Assembly: GCA_964199315.1 (NCBI GenBank) | Contig: OZ116707.1 | Location: 28,086,001 to 28,150,000, forward strand | Origin: Orbicella franksi | Lineage: Eukaryota | Direction: 5' to 3' | Length of the DNA: 64,000 nt | Shown: in pieces, positions 1-13,719 of the stretch | Layout of the letters: every line of letters begins with the position of its first letter | Position numbering within the stretch: the first letter of the stretch is position 1 | Notes under the pieces: generated by a model | The model's database searches: none | What the model was told of the DNA's origin: nothing | The model's input: only the letters and a program-made list of their open reading frames with translations | Program-made: the position numbers and the translations under genes

Positions 1-1883
1 TTTGAATCGAATCGGTTTTGCCTCATCCATGGTTGTTATGTCGCTAGTTTGATTGTCATTCTTTCTTAGGTACAGCTCGCTACACTTGCATTGGTTAGCT
101 CTTTCCCAAACTAACCGCAACACAGAAAAGGTCAAGCACAGGTTTGCAACTCTTGCTGCTCGAGTAGACAATTCGGGAATCTGTGAAATTTTACAATAAG
201 ATGGTTTTCATTTGTTTTTCTTCTTATCCATGTCTCCGTAAAAAGATATCATGATTGTTTTTTATGTCATGACATAAATTTGCTTATCTGTTTTGCTATT
301 GGTTATTTGGTTATGATGGAGGTCGTGTCAGGTAATTGACTTCCATGAACGTATTTTTTAGCCATGCCTTGCTCCGTTTTGACTCTCTTACTAATAAAAA
401 TTTTAAGAAAGTTTCGAAAAGCTGGATGGCTACAAATGAAAGAAATTAACATTCAGATCTAAGCCTGCCCCCAAGGCTAATCGCAACAGAAAAATGCTGG
501 TTAATGGTTTTCGTTTATGTTCCTTCACGTCACTGTCTTCAGACAGGTTATCCTTATGAAAGCGAAAATGTATTTGTTTCTCATTAAAACAGACTAAAAC
601 TAGTAGGCATTGGATTTTGAACCCAATTTGACACAATGACAAGTAATTACAGCAGTTGAGATGAGAGTAGAGAACGCCCTCTTGCGGTAACATAATGGAA
701 CTAAACGATGCTAAAAATGCTATCTCTTCATTTCTGTGTACTGACCCCAAAAGCCCCTAAATATTTAATATTATCGCTGATCAATTGAAAGCACATCATG
801 AAACGTACCGGACCGACGTTAGATACTGATTGTATGCAATACTCGATACCTTAACAGATATTTTCGCACGAATTAACCTTTTGCACATTGGTTCTAGCGC
901 GACACTGGTGAAAAGAATTGACTTGATAGCATGCCAATGCTTGCCTTCCGCACGCATGACCAGGCAAAAACAGGTGATCGTAATCACTCATGACAAAAAC
1001 TCTATTTATAAAGAACCAAAATTGTCCAACTAGTTTATAAGCGGCAAACATACGATAATTTTAAATTGGGCAAAGCGATCCGCCCTTTGCAATTGGAAAC
1101 TACTAATGTTGTGAGAATTACGCTACTGGTACCCCCAAAATCTATTATAGCTTATATCGCAATCTGTTAATGGGACAAAGAACTGGCAGCTTTTCAAATT
1201 GGACCCTTGTTGGATCTGTTAGCTTGAAAATCGTTTATCTTTGATATATCACGGTTTTTACGTGAGTAATTTCAAGTTATAGATGATCGATTTAAAGCTA
1301 ATTCAAAACAAAATTGCACACGTGAATTTGTTCAATTTCTTTGTTTATAATCCTCCCACAAGTCAAGTCAACCGGCTAACTTTCTGAATGAGTACGTTCT
1401 GGATAAAACATTGCTACGTGCTTGAAAGCAGCTGCCTCGATTTTTTTTTTCGTTTCTTGGAACAGTTATACCACGATACTGATCCTTTTAAAATGCTATC
1501 AAAGCTAGAAAAAAGAGATTTCGTCGGCTAAGAGCTCAAAATGCCCCAAAGGTTTATTTTGCGACTTTGAACAAAATAAAATGGAAACTATGTTTTAATT
1601 GGAAACACAATGTACCTTCAAAACTGAAAGGAAGCAACGTTAAAAAGACCTTAAACAGGGTTAAACGCAGACGCAACTTATTGAGTGAAATCACCTTAAG
1701 TATTCGTCTATAATTTTAAACTGTGATGGCGGTTTTGTTTTACTCGTGTGAGTTTACATGTGTACTTACTGGCCCGGATCAGAATTACTGCAAGTCACCA
1801 GAGCGTTTCGGTGAAGTAGTTCGGGATCACGTACCTCAGAATTCAGTCGCTAAGTTAGAAGTGAAAAGGCAGATGGGCTAGAT

Positions 1884-2621
1884 ATGAACTCCAGCGAGAG
1901 AAAAAGATCGCTGACGAGCGAAGTCGCGGATGAAACTACGAAGAAAAATGGTTTTGAGGAACGACGGCTTCGAAGAAAACTTGAAGACATTGAGCAGCAC
2001 GCTCTCAAACAAAAGAAGAAACGCAACAACGAACAGCTGGAGTATGCTTTGGAACACCTTTCTCTTGAAGATATGGACACGTTTAACAGTCTCACAAGGA
2101 AGATTCTCGAATCCAATTTTCTTCCACCAATTAATCGTAAACCAAGAGGGAGTAACACTGAAGACCAACGTGGGGGAAAAGATGATTTACTGGTAGAAAG
2201 GCTAAGAGGCTCTAAGATGATAAACAAATATCTAAAAAGTCGAAAATCAAGAAAGCTGACTAGAAGTTTGTCCACAGACTCAGGACTAACGCCAGGTCCT
2301 ACGAATGGAAAGAACGAGCCTGGTCCCTATTCTGCCTACTTATTTAAAAGAAGGGTTGTCGAATCAGTTTCTCTTCCTACCCGCCGACCGATAGCCACAG
2401 CAGAAGTTCCCAGACTTGATGAAGCGACGCGTCGAATACATTTTGCTGACAATAAGAATGAGAACATTAAGTCACATTCAAAGCGTGTAGCTCAAAATAA
2501 AGCATTCCCAAGGCCTGTTGGCCCTCAACGGAAAATTCAACACAACTGTCTTAGTGAGGCTATAGAGTACAAACTTAGAATGCGCGAATTGCAACGGAAA
2601 TCGCTTCAAGAAAGCAGCTGA
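1884..2621 (+). CDS. Uncharacterised basic, probably disordered protein (245 aa) with N-terminal CCDC190-like coiled coil
   Basis: ATG-started 245-aa ORF in AT-rich DNA. KKNGFEERRLRRKLEDIE...NNEQL aligns ungapped with the 29889 ORF (13/33 identical). Also contains FLPPI, RSLS and RRIHFAD. The CCDC190 resemblance is recalled, not searched. Confidence 0.72.
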   Translation: MNSSERKRSLTSEVADETTKKNGFEERRLRRKLEDIEQHALKQKKKRNNEQLEYALEHLSLEDMDTFNSLTRKILESNFLPPINRKPRGSNTEDQRGGKDDLLVERLRGSKMINKYLKSRKSRKLTRSLSTDSGLTPGPTNGKNEPGPYSAYLFKRRVVESVSLPTRRPIATAEVPRLDEATRRIHFADNKNENIKSHSKRVAQNKAFPRPVGPQRKIQHNCLSEAIEYKLRMRELQRKSLQESS

Positions 2622-4916
2622 AAGACAACTAAGCGCTATGTTTTTCTACGGCATTTTTTCGCTCACTTAGCAAAAAATATTCAACGAACTGAACTGCTGC
2701 AGGGAAGGATCAATGCAAGAGTGACTGAGCAAAACGTTGTCAGTTCATGTGTAGTGTGTTTCAGTATGCCGGCTTGTTTTAACAATTTGTTATGAATGTA
2801 TTTTCGAAGAAATCATTTCTCCTGGCTCCGTGTGCGTGTATATTCCAAATGCGATCTTGTTACTAACAGTTTGGTTTTCTATAATTCTTTTACTGTGTTG
2901 GAAGTTTTGTTTGGTCGTGAAATTAAACTACTCGAACTAAATGTAATTTAACTTGTATTGGTTTCCATGAACCCTGTTTTTATTTATTTATTTATTTTTT
3001 TGCCAGCAGTTTTTCTCTAGAGGCGTTCATATTTGTCAAACTTTTCTCCACATCAACAATCAGTTCTAATAGGGAGAAGTTCTCTCTTGAATAGGACACA
3101 TAGAGCCACCGAATACGTACCAAAAGTGGCAAATGAAGTTTATTTAAATACCTTGTTCAAGAGCCAGATTCTCTTGAAGAGGAACAATGAATATGCATTA
3201 CAAACATTAACGAGAATTTCGTTGCTGACCAAAAATTATCACGTGTTCTTCCCGTGTTGTTCGTATAGAATCATAAAGTGCACGATATGCTGATTAGCAG
3301 TTGTGCTAGCTTTCATACACATTGAGCTTCGTTCTGTTGTTTTGGTTTTGCTCACTGAGGATCGTTAATTGAATACGAAAACAATAACATCGAATAGCGC
3401 TTCTGCCAGTCGAGCCTGTAATAATAAAGAAACGGCTGTGACATATAATCAAGATGATAGCCGATCATGAAAATTCCAGAAGCGCAGAAAAACTTCGGTT
3501 AACACTTGTTATTGACTAGTTAAACATTTCCCGGGCATTTTGTTTTGAAAGGTAAATTTCAAATCAGAAGAGTGATTGCTTCACTTCCTTGTTGAAGACA
3601 AACGTTAACAGAAGCAATATCGAAACCGCTGAATGTTGAACAATGAACTCATTATCAGACTATTAGTGGTGTTCCTGTGGTTGAACTCTTTCAATATCTT
3701 GCTACTGCTTGAAAGTGATTACAGCTAAGGTTGGTCCGTAGAATGAAGACTGACTTATGGACTCTTTCAACGGTTCGTTATCAAATTTACATTAATATGC
3801 TTCTGTCTTTACTTCAAGAACTGCCGCATGATCACTGAGAACAAAAGCGGTACTTAAACACGTGATGTAAACATGCTACGAAGACAAGCAATATCGGCAA
3901 ATAACCTTTAATGCTTAACCTCTGAATTTGGCCCAAGGGATACTTATGTAAACAAAGTAGAATCACCACAACACTCTCTTTTTTTTTTTATTGGTACGAG
4001 GATACAACAGAAAGAATGTTGTTCCTTCCTATAGCCATTTCCGGCTCTTTGTTTCTTGAACACCTTTATTTTTTTGGTTATGTTATATGCGTACAGCCAC
4101 TTCCACAAACATAGGTCCAGCGTCTTACAAGATTTGTCAGCTGGTTCCTCTTATGTAGTCATACTGATTCACAAGAGTAGATTTAGTTCTGCAACACACC
4201 ACCAACCAAAGAACAGTTTTCACACCACCACATCTTATAAACGCAGTCAGTTCAGCCCATTTCGTATTCTTCGATCCTCAGTTCTTACATTTTCCCAATA
4301 ACATAACGTTTCTGGATAAATACATTGCGTGTATGTCTCAGATTTTGCGTCCTAGAATTAATGGCCCTTTTTCCCTTTCCGGGATGTAGCTTTAGAAGTA
4401 CACTTGCAAATGGCGACTTTAAATAGGCCAGAACGCCGGGATGAGATAACGGCCAAAAGAATGCCTGACTCATAAAAATTCTTGTAGAAGCCAAACCGAG
4501 GAAATTTCTACTTTGACCATGCATCAGATTAAACAAATGTTAGTGAATTTTCACCTAATTGAATCAAGATAATTCAAGCCCTCGGGCAAGTTCAGTGTAT
4601 TTTGGTAAAGTCAAAACAACAATCCAGCATCGTCTGTGAATAAATATAATTTTTCACGTTGTTATTATGAGATGATTGTGGGTCGGCATGTAGATTCGTT
4701 GGTATGCAAGTAAGTATCTTGCTAAGAAGTGGGGCTGTTTACTGTGTCTGATCAATAAACAAGATGCGTCCTTGTTCCCATGCGACTGGTGTACTAAGTT
4801 AGAAATTATTTTGTTTTCGTGTCCCTGCAGAGTGATCAGACAACAAATGTACCGGCAATTACTCTGCAAAAAAGATGTCACGCCGTAAAATCACTGAATC
4901 ACAAAGGAATCGAGAC

Positions 4917-5128
4917 CCCCGGGGGGGGGGGGAGGTACTTTGGGAATGTCTGGGTGGGGATGTGCCGCTGGGACCCTGGAACCCTTAGCCTATACCGGAG
5001 CTAATTCAGCTGAATTTTGCTACCCTATACTAGACTAAACTCCCCAAATCCCCCCATCTATCGACACTGTTGAGGCTGATTTGCGTAAATTTAAACTTGC
5101 TGATTTGATTTTTTTATATTTTTGAGTG

Positions 5129-5166
<38 letters not shown>

Positions 5167-5196
5167 CCAACTAGTCAGTTTTGTCAAAAATTATAC

Positions 5197-5235
<39 letters not shown>

Positions 5236-5321
5236 CCTAGAGTAAACTGCTTGAAAACAATACCCTTGACAGCGGCACATACCTATATAGCCCATATATG
5301 GCGGTACCCCCCTCCCCCGGG
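4917..5321. mobile_element. Non-autonomous DNA transposon (MITE), 405 bp
   Basis: Termini CCCCGGGGG...GGTAC and GTACCCC...CCCCGGG are inverted repeats. Flanking direct repeat AATCGAGA at 4909-4916 and 5322-5329 is an 8-bp target-site duplication (9 bp if the adjacent G is counted). Confidence 0.85.
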
Positions 5322-6130
5322 AATCGAGATAAGCAGATTCTAACACAGAGGCACCCAAGTGTGCCTCACGTGGACGAGACAACCTTTGGCAGGCAGCCAC
5401 ACCGCAGAACATAAGTGGAAGAGTGAATTGTTAATTCCGCACAATTATGATTTTGAGTGCTATTTCTCAGTACTGAAGTTATGTAACCAACTCTTCGATG
5501 ATTTCGTTACACAGTGTTAAAAACAGCGTTCAAGTAAAGATATCCTGTTAGCAAGGGCTGTACATCTGACACTAGAACTTTCACGGTGATGTGGTGTATT
5601 GCATGGTGGTTCAAAAACTACGGTAATATAGATTTCACTGAAGACAACTTATTGAATAAGACCAGAAGTTGGGTTGAAGAGTATGAAGTACTGTCGAAAC
5701 AAAACAGAGAGACTGAAAAGCTAATAAATCTTCAGGAGAATACAATTTAAAAAAAAACATACGTGTTCAGTCAACCTGCACATCATGGCGCTGTCATATG
5801 TGCAGGTTGATTGAAAACCGTGATCTGGTCATGGCATACATTATACATATTCATCCTATAAAAGATTGTTTACACCATGTCGACGATAGATCAATCGTGA
5901 TAAAAAGTGTTACCAGGGGATTTCACAGTTTTTCAGTACGTTGAACAATTAAGCATGCTAAAACCATTTTTTAAAGCCAACAGAAGTTCGATTTTAGTTT
6001 GTTATCAAATTTAGAGCTCTCTTTCTTTCACTCGCATTTTCTTAAAATTGAACTTTGTTCTATTAGCACGACGAGATAATTTATTTAAATTAGATAAACT
6101 GTGGAAGGGTGAAATATTATTTTCCGCGTC

Positions 6131-6757
6131 ATGTTAACCACCGGAGTAAATACCATTCGGGGTCCTAAGCGTTCTCTTCAAAACAATTCTCAATTGTCCG
6201 TGCCGGAAAGGATGAGCGCACAAGATTCACAAGTTAACAGTCAAACTAATGATGGCTCAAGAAACAATAAGCAAAAAGTGACCCTCGCTTCAAGTGAGGG
6301 ATTACGGCTATATTCGGAACTTTTAGAATCGAGATGTGACAATGCAGAGATGTGTGACATCCCTAACCATAGACGTCTTGTAAGGTCACAGTCAGAAAGC
6401 AGTTTTTCTCTTCAAGCTTGGAGAAATGTTTCTTGGACCACGGACCAGGTAACTTTACAAGATTTACATTGCGGCAACAACAGAGGGATGAAGGAATGGA
6501 GATTACCAAGTATACCTCAAAGGGGTAACAATAAAGCCGGCGAAGTCAAGGAATTCACACCGTTAACTTCAACAACGCCTCGAAGAAGAAGTTTATGCGT
6601 TTTACCAGACTTGTCAAAAGAGGGGGCTGAAAAGCGGGTACGGTTTAGAGCCTCAACACCTCTGACGAAACATCAGGTTGAAAAAGTGAACAATACTTTT
6701 GATTCGCTGGAAAGCAAATCACAGAATTTGGTCAATTGGCTCAGAGACCAACAATAA
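6131..6757 (+). CDS. Uncharacterised probably disordered protein (208 aa) with C-terminal K-x3-L-x2-WL-x2-Q helix
   Basis: ATG-started 208-aa ORF ending FDSLESKSQNLVNWLRDQQ. Contains RSQSE, RNVSW, KRVRF, LPSI and LPDL. AATAAA at 7131-7136. Confidence 0.75.
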   Translation: MLTTGVNTIRGPKRSLQNNSQLSVPERMSAQDSQVNSQTNDGSRNNKQKVTLASSEGLRLYSELLESRCDNAEMCDIPNHRRLVRSQSESSFSLQAWRNVSWTTDQVTLQDLHCGNNRGMKEWRLPSIPQRGNNKAGEVKEFTPLTSTTPRRRSLCVLPDLSKEGAEKRVRFRASTPLTKHQVEKVNNTFDSLESKSQNLVNWLRDQQ

Positions 6758-7589
6758 TCGCCTGCAAGTTTTATTTGTGTGTGTGTGTTCCTTGTTGTAC
6801 ACGAGACCTTTTATCAAATACTTTTAATTCGCTGAAAAGTTAATCAAAAAGTAGTCAAATGGTTCAGATAACAACATTAATCACCTTGCAGTTTCATTTG
6901 CGTGAGCGTGTGTTTCCCTGAAGGTAACGATAACTTCTTTATCTCAAGGTAAAGGATGCTATATCTTTCTTCATTAATCTTGTTGTTTCAACATTGTTAA
7001 CGCCCATTTGCTATTGCACTTGGTTTCATTGCGTAGTGTGCCTGTGTTGTTGTTCAGCTAAAAATCGAGTGTTTATAAGCCATATTCCGTTTTTCTTGTT
7101 CTTAGAGCGATGACTTTGATCTGGGTTTTCAATAAAATTATTTACCAAGAAGGTGTTGTTGGATGGGTGATCTATACATGTAGCTAATAGTAAAGCATAC
7201 ACGAACTTCACATAATGTAATTTTCCTTTCTTCTAAACGAACTGTATACAGAGGCGGCAGTTTGCTTCCAAAACACCATCATAAAAGTAAATTGAACTGT
7301 GAAGAAGAATTGATAGCACTAGCTGATGTCGAAAACTAGTTACTGTGATAAATTTGTTATGTTCCACCCAGTTTAACAATCTCAGGCAGTTGGCAACATT
7401 CAGTATTAAATAACAAGCAGAAAAGCTTGCAGCTTGCATCAGGCAGAAGGCAGTAGATGAGAAGGAATACGTCTGCCAGCAGCTGCCAGCAGGCAGAATT
7501 AAAGGGAGGGGGGGGGGGGGGCGAGACATTAGCAGGCAGCTGGTATCAACCAGGAGGCAACAATTAGGATCAAGTGAAAAGCGGGAAAG

Positions 7590-8770
7590 CAGTCATCAGT
7601 AGACAGCAGGTGGCAATAGCAGACAGCAGATATCAGCTACCATTCAGCATCAGATGACACACAGAAGAACAGGAGTATGCAGAAAACGGCAGACCTGAAC
7701 AGGCATTAGTTTGTCAGTAGGAAGCAGGTGGTAATAGCAGACAGCAGATTACAGTCATCATCAGTATCAGGTAACAGGCAGAAGATTAGCAGTATGCAGC
7801 AGGCAGCAGGCAGCAGACATGAGTAGGCATGCATCATTCAGCATCAGGTGACACTCGGAAGAGTAGCAGTATGCCGCAGACGGCAGACCTGAGCAAGCAT
7901 CAGTAGGTCAGCAGTAATCAGAAGGGGGCGATAAAAGACAGCCGATATCAGCCAGCATCCAGCATCAGGTGACACACCGAAGAGTAGCAGTATGCAGCAG
8001 GTAGCAGACCTGAGCAAGCATCAGTCTGTCAGCAGTAGTCAGCAAGTGGTAATAGCAGACAGCAGATATCAGCCAGCATTCAGCATCAGGTGACACACAT
8101 AAGAGTAGCAGTATGCAGCAGGTAGCAGACCTGAGCAAGCATCAGTCTGTCAGCAGTAGTCAGCAAGTGGTGATAGCAGACAGCAGACATCAGCCAGCAT
8201 TCAGCATGAGGTGACACACATACGAGTAGCAGTATGCAGCAGGTAGCAGACCTGAGCAAGCATCAGTCTGTCAGCAGTAGTCAGCAAGTGGTGATAGCAG
8301 ACAGCAGACATCAGCCAGCATTCAGCATGAGGTGACACACATACGAGTAGCAGTATGCAGCAGGTAGCAGACCTGAGCAAGCATCAGTCTGTCAGCAGTA
8401 GTCAGCAAGTGGTAATAGCAGACATCAGACATCAGCCAGCATTCAGCATTAGGTGACACACATAAGAGTAGCAGTATGCAGCGGACGGTAGACCTGAGCA
8501 AGCAATCAGTCTGTCAGCAGTAGTCAGCAAGTGGTAATAGCAGACAGCAGATATCAGCCAGCATTCAGCATTCAGCATCAGGTGACACACAGAAGAGTAG
8601 CAGTATGCAGCAGGCAGCAGATCTGGGCAGGCATCAGTCTGTCACAGCAGTAGTTAGCAGGGGGCAATAACAGACAGCAGATATCAGCCAGCATTCAGCA
8701 TCAGATGACACACAGAATAGTAGCAGTGTGCAGCAGGCATCGGTCTGTCAGCAGTAGTCAGCAGACAGCA
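7590..8770. repeat. 121-bp GCAG-rich minisatellite, about 9-10 units, degenerate at the edges
   Basis: The unit anchor GTAGCAGTATGC recurs at 7863, 7984, 8105, 8226, 8347 and 8468 (exact 121-bp period), then at 8597 and about 8720. The period is not a multiple of 3 and the frames contain stops. Confidence 0.92.
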
Positions 8771-10589
8771 GGTGGCAATAGCAAGGGTAGCATTGAGTAC
8801 TATTAAAATGTATTTCCACCAGGTATCTGTATGTCAGTTATCAGGCAGCAAGCATGATCAGGTAACAGCCAGAAGTGCAAGGGGAACAGGGTAGCAAGCC
8901 CATGCAGCATGCAACATCAGGTGGCAGAAAATGATCAATACACAGCAGTCATCATGCAACATTAGGTAGCAACTAGAGTAACAGACAACAGGCAGGTGGC
9001 AACTAACAGTCGCGTAAGTCTGTCAGTGAAGTAATCAGCAGATGACAGGCAGAGGGAAGTAATCAGTAGGCAGCAGATAGCACATGGGCATACAGTAGGA
9101 ATCAGGTACCAACTAGTGGCATAAAGCTTTAGGTAAAGGCAAAATAGGAGACAGAAGGCATCCGAGAGCAAGCAACAGACAACAAGCAGCAGGCGGAGGT
9201 CAGTAGGTAAGTTCTATAGATTCATATAAGTAGACGGACACAGAGACGCGCAGGCAGGCATGGGGGTAGAAATGAGGGTGGGTAGTATTGTAGTCCAACA
9301 AACATGTAGTCAGGGAGGCAGGTGAGAATCAGTGTGTGCATATATACATGCAGACTCACAACTTTACATACAGGCGGGCAAGTAGGTTGCGTATGCCTGA
9401 GTAACCATAAAAATATCCTTCAGTATCAAGTGTCCAAGATAGCTGTTGATTGATGCATGAATTATGATCTGAAAACTTAAAAGTTTTATAAGCCCAGAAT
9501 GAAAAACCTATTTAATCATCAATCTTCCAGCCACAAAGTTTATAACAGAAGTACGAAGAAAAGAAATCATCCTAGAATGTACTTTTTGTAGATGCCAAAA
9601 TAGCTTTCAGGTTACTCAGCCCATTCATGTGACTTCAGGCACAATTAACCTCTTACAAAAGCGGAATGTTTGATCTAAAGCAAAGCCGCAACAGAGTATC
9701 CACGAAACTCGACCCACGAAACAGTTTAATGTCTTTATTAAATACATATTTCGTTTAGTTTATATTGCTTCTTATCCCACGAATGCATGACTGTCAGATG
9801 ATGTACTTTACTGATACAACATCCAGCACTGTGCAGTGAGCTGGCGCCTCTTTTGTTTATACTAGTGTAGAGGTTTCCAACTGAGAAAACTTGTTATTTA
9901 CTGTTTAACTTAGTTTGAAGTGTACAGGATTGCAAGTGAAGAAGAGAAAGCAGACAGTTTTAGTTCATCATTTTAAGATAACAGTTTTCATACATGAGTT
10001 CTCGTTTTGTGAACGTTTCCGGTTGAACACAACTGGGCTTTACTGCCTCAAGCGATGCAGTACCTTGACGGAACATGAATTTTGTTCTTTCTTATTTCTT
10101 TTAGCTCACTATAGTAATCGATAAATCGAAAATAATACAACAGCTCGCCAATATGGTACTATATCCATGAAAAACGTAAAAAAGGAAAAACTAATCTAAT
10201 ACTTCACCGGATTGCAGACAGGAATAAGGCTTTGTGCAGCCAATTAAAAATAACACTTTCTGTGACGATTCTTTCAGTCAAACAGATGGAATACTATGCT
10301 CAAACGTGTATTAAACGCCATTCTGTCGAAAATTCCAGTCAAAGACAAGAGCTAACAGTTTGGAAATTGAAGTTTCTTCCTGTTTTGCAAAACACTGAAA
10401 ATGTGTAGTTTGCTTCACTAGAGGTATGTTGTTCCTTCCGGAACGTCATTTCCGCTGCTTTTCCGGAGTCCCAAACAGCCTGGTTTATTTCAGGACCTTA
10501 ACATTTTCCGGGACCATGGCTATTTGTTACACTTGCATCTTACTTTTAAGCACCAGTTGTAAAGAAGATTCGCGCTTAGCTGACCTTTT

Positions 10590-13500
10590 GTTAAAGTTGG
10601 TGGATGAAAAAGATTGCATTGCTAAAGGATCGAGTTCTCAAGAGGTTAGTAATTCTTTTTGGGGCTTCACTTACTTTCTTAGGAACAACTAAGCAGAGAA
10701 AAAAAGGGCATTATAGGAAACAAAACGGAAACAAGTTACAATATGTTCTTCGCTGCACTAAAATGTTGCTTCCATCAGCGAACAAGATAACAAAGAGAGT
10801 AGAACACCTTTAGAGAACTAGAGAACGTTTCAAAGTGAAGAAAAATGCACCTTAAAAAAATCTATATAAATTTATCACTTACATAGGAAATAAGAACGGA
10901 AGGTGGAAGGGAAGGACGAAAAGCAACTTCAGGAAGGCTTCGAAATATCGGTTTATAAAGTGCGAAGGTTTTTGAATGCTTGGTATCACTGGAGTCGATT
11001 TGAATAAGGTCACGCAAGGTGGAAATTTCCAAATTGTTCTCAGTAACATGCATGGCAAAACAAGATATGTAAGCTGGTGTGAAATATTCTAACTCAACCT
11101 AATCTTTACAAAGCGTTAACTTAAGTTCAATTCATAAAACGAGCCTCGGCTGGTTTAATTCGTTTTCTGAACACCTTACGGCGAGAATCTAATCGCGTAT
11201 TCTTCCTATCAAAACTTCAGTATTAATTTGGATGCAAAAATATTCACAGTCATGCAGCCAGCTTTGTTATTCTGTCGCAAGCTACGCTAGAAAACATTGC
11301 GTCTACTTCGAGACAGTAGTAAAAGAGCTGTAAAAGGCAACATTGGTGAGTAGTCTGTGCAGACGAGTCGGCTTACGCTATGCCTCAATACGGCTTCGTG
11401 TGGCAAGTTCGCTGATACACTGTTCTTAATTTTGTTCAAATCAAGGCTTAACCCTACAGTAAGCCGGCCATTAAGTAAAACGTTGTTCCGGATTCACAGC
11501 TTAATCTGTTATTTAGGTTACGTATTACAATCTGCCGACATTGTTCATTTTATTGCAATGTGAAATAAGGTTTTACCCGGCATCATAGATTTTGATGGCA
11601 TGCAAAATTATCCTCCATCATTAACATTCAAAGAAGAAAGGAAAGATGTTTGATTTCTTAAATTAAAGCTTTTGTGGGAATCAATAAGTGAATAATACTT
11701 AGCCTTAGTGTTAATGACGCTACACAGTAAGTGATCTAAAGGGTTATTCTGGTGTAGGTCAATACTGAATTTTACTCGGCCAAATCCAGAAATGTTTCAC
11801 TTTCAAATGATAATCGTCAGACGCCGGACACAACTAGACAAACAAAGAATACGATGATGGCAGCAAATTGTAGTAATTAGCCAGAAGCCAACAAATTTTA
11901 TTACCTTGTTTTCATGACAAAGAATGTATATGTTTGTTCACTAAGATAGGTTGTTGTAAACAGTATTTCAATTCTTCACTTACCTAGATAACTGAAGCAC
12001 AGGAATACAAAATGCAAGTATCAAATACTTATCAGTTAACGCACGCTGAAACAGTTCAATGGCTACCGACAAGAAAACTTGTGAAAAGCCTATAAGTAGT
12101 AAATCCATTTAGTTGACAACACAGAGATTCAAAGACCAACTTGCAGTTATGTTGTTTTTAGGAGGTTTACCTCCTCCTTGGCCTTAAAAGGTAGAGGAAT
12201 GAAAAGGTGAACATTACACTACACTGTCCTAAATAAATCATAGCTGCTTTTTCCTCTGGAGCAACAACCGTTTGAAAACTACGGAAGAATAGACACAGCG
12301 ATACCTGTTCGCCTCAAGATGAGTTTTTCCTTTTCGTAACATTTCGGCATTAATAAGCAGGTTCAGAATCTATAATAAATACACGAAAACCCTACAGAGC
12401 GATCAACGAGTAGAACTGTTGAACAACTCAAGTGAACAGCAGGCTGGCACAAAATCACCAAACCACTCAACGAAAAGGTTTCCGTCCCGGCGGAATACAT
12501 CACCTATCTTTTGTTGACTTCCCTTTTCACTAAATTCCTTTTACATATGCTGTGTCACGAGGAGGCGTTGGTGCAAAATTCCCTTTTACTGTGATGAGAT
12601 CAAACAAAAGGACTTAAGAGCAATCACGCGATGCTTTTCGAAGTCACTCCCTTCGTTGTGTTTCCAGACAATTTTCGTGGACAACGAATGTTGGACGACG
12701 ATAGAAACAACAATAGCCGCATATAGAAACAGAGCGAGAGCTTAAAATGCTGCTTTAAGTAAATCAACTTCACGAGAGTTCAGTGACGGATCTTGTGAGT
12801 GCGTTTCGTGGAACGACGGTCGTTTAAAAGAATCATGGCTTACTAGGATTTCTCACCTGTACTTCTTGACAGAAGCAAAGCTTTTCAAAGAAGATCAAGT
12901 AGTCTTAGCGAGGTTCACCTTGATGAACCTTTTTGTGTAGTCTTTTACAAAACATAATGTGAACTAAACCAGTTTTGGCTTCATCAGGGATAAATAATTA
13001 GCAGTGTGTGGCTTCTTGTAATCTGCTTGCGAGGGTGCTACATGGATTTAGTTCCCACTGGATCGAATTCATGTCCTCATTAAATTATTTCACTGTTTTC
13101 CTCTTGTAGCAGCGTACACGTATATTTCTTTTGTTACTATTTTATCGATCAGCATTGAGAGTTGTCTGTATTTAAATTATTTAATATTTCGTATATAGAT
13201 GAGTACTTCAAAAGAGTTGTCCTGCTTCTCCAAATTAAGTTTTATGCCAAAAAAGATTCGTTAAGGCTAACCATAGTTCCAGCTGGCTTTTATGGATTCC
13301 TAATCCTGATGAAAGAACAGTTTATCAGTTTACGAGCTTGAATTTACAGATAGAAAAGAAACGCTCCAGATAAAGTAAGAAAGAAATTTTCCCCAAAAGA
13401 TTACTGGAATATTGACCGGCCATTTTCAGAGATTACAAATTTGCAAGCAGCAACTTTCTATAGTTATTTACATCGAGTCAAAGTAAAGAATAGTGTGCCT

Positions 13501-13620
13501 GGAGGGCCTTCTAACTTTTAGCTTTCCTATCAGTGTTCACAAGAAAAGGAAATCATGTATAAGGTGCAAGGGTTTCTGATAATCATTACCATGATATGAA
13601 ATGCTAGTGTAGCAAAAAAA
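10590..13620. repeat. Old tandem segmental duplication, copy A
   Basis: Collinear shared blocks with 13720-18110: TTCTTAGGAACAA, ATAGGAAACAAAAyGGAAACAAGT, AGCCTCGGCTGGTTTAATTCG, GGATGCAAAAATATTCACAG, CCCGGCGGAATACA, TCGAATTCATGTCCTCATT. About 600 bp near 11650-12260 has no counterpart in copy B. Boundaries are approximate. Confidence 0.85.
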
Positions 13621-13719
13621 GAAAAAAAAAAGCTACCTAGTAGACCCTAGTAGCTTTGAGTTCAATGAACAGACTAAGGGGAACAGTTCTCGTGATTTCT
13701 GGCAGTCACGTCTGGCCAT

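Noticed and set aside
430-1051. Overlapping 60-106 aa ORFs with faint GPCR-like words on the minus strand (SIAYNQY, PLCYRKR)
   Set aside because: Motif spacing does not fit class A helices and the fragments are in inconsistent frames. Indistinguishable from chance.
1850-2275. Minus-strand and alternate-frame ORFs over the 1884 gene
   Set aside because: Shadow ORFs of the longer plus-strand CDS.
7590-8770. Minisatellite considered as a CRISPR array or a Gln/Ser-repeat CDS
   Set aside because: No unique spacers, eukaryotic context, 121-bp period breaks frame and contains stops.
11321-11347. KRAVKGNIG resembling the sialylmotif-L start (CAVVGNSG)
   Set aside because: Followed immediately by a stop in both copies, and no downstream sialylmotif residues.
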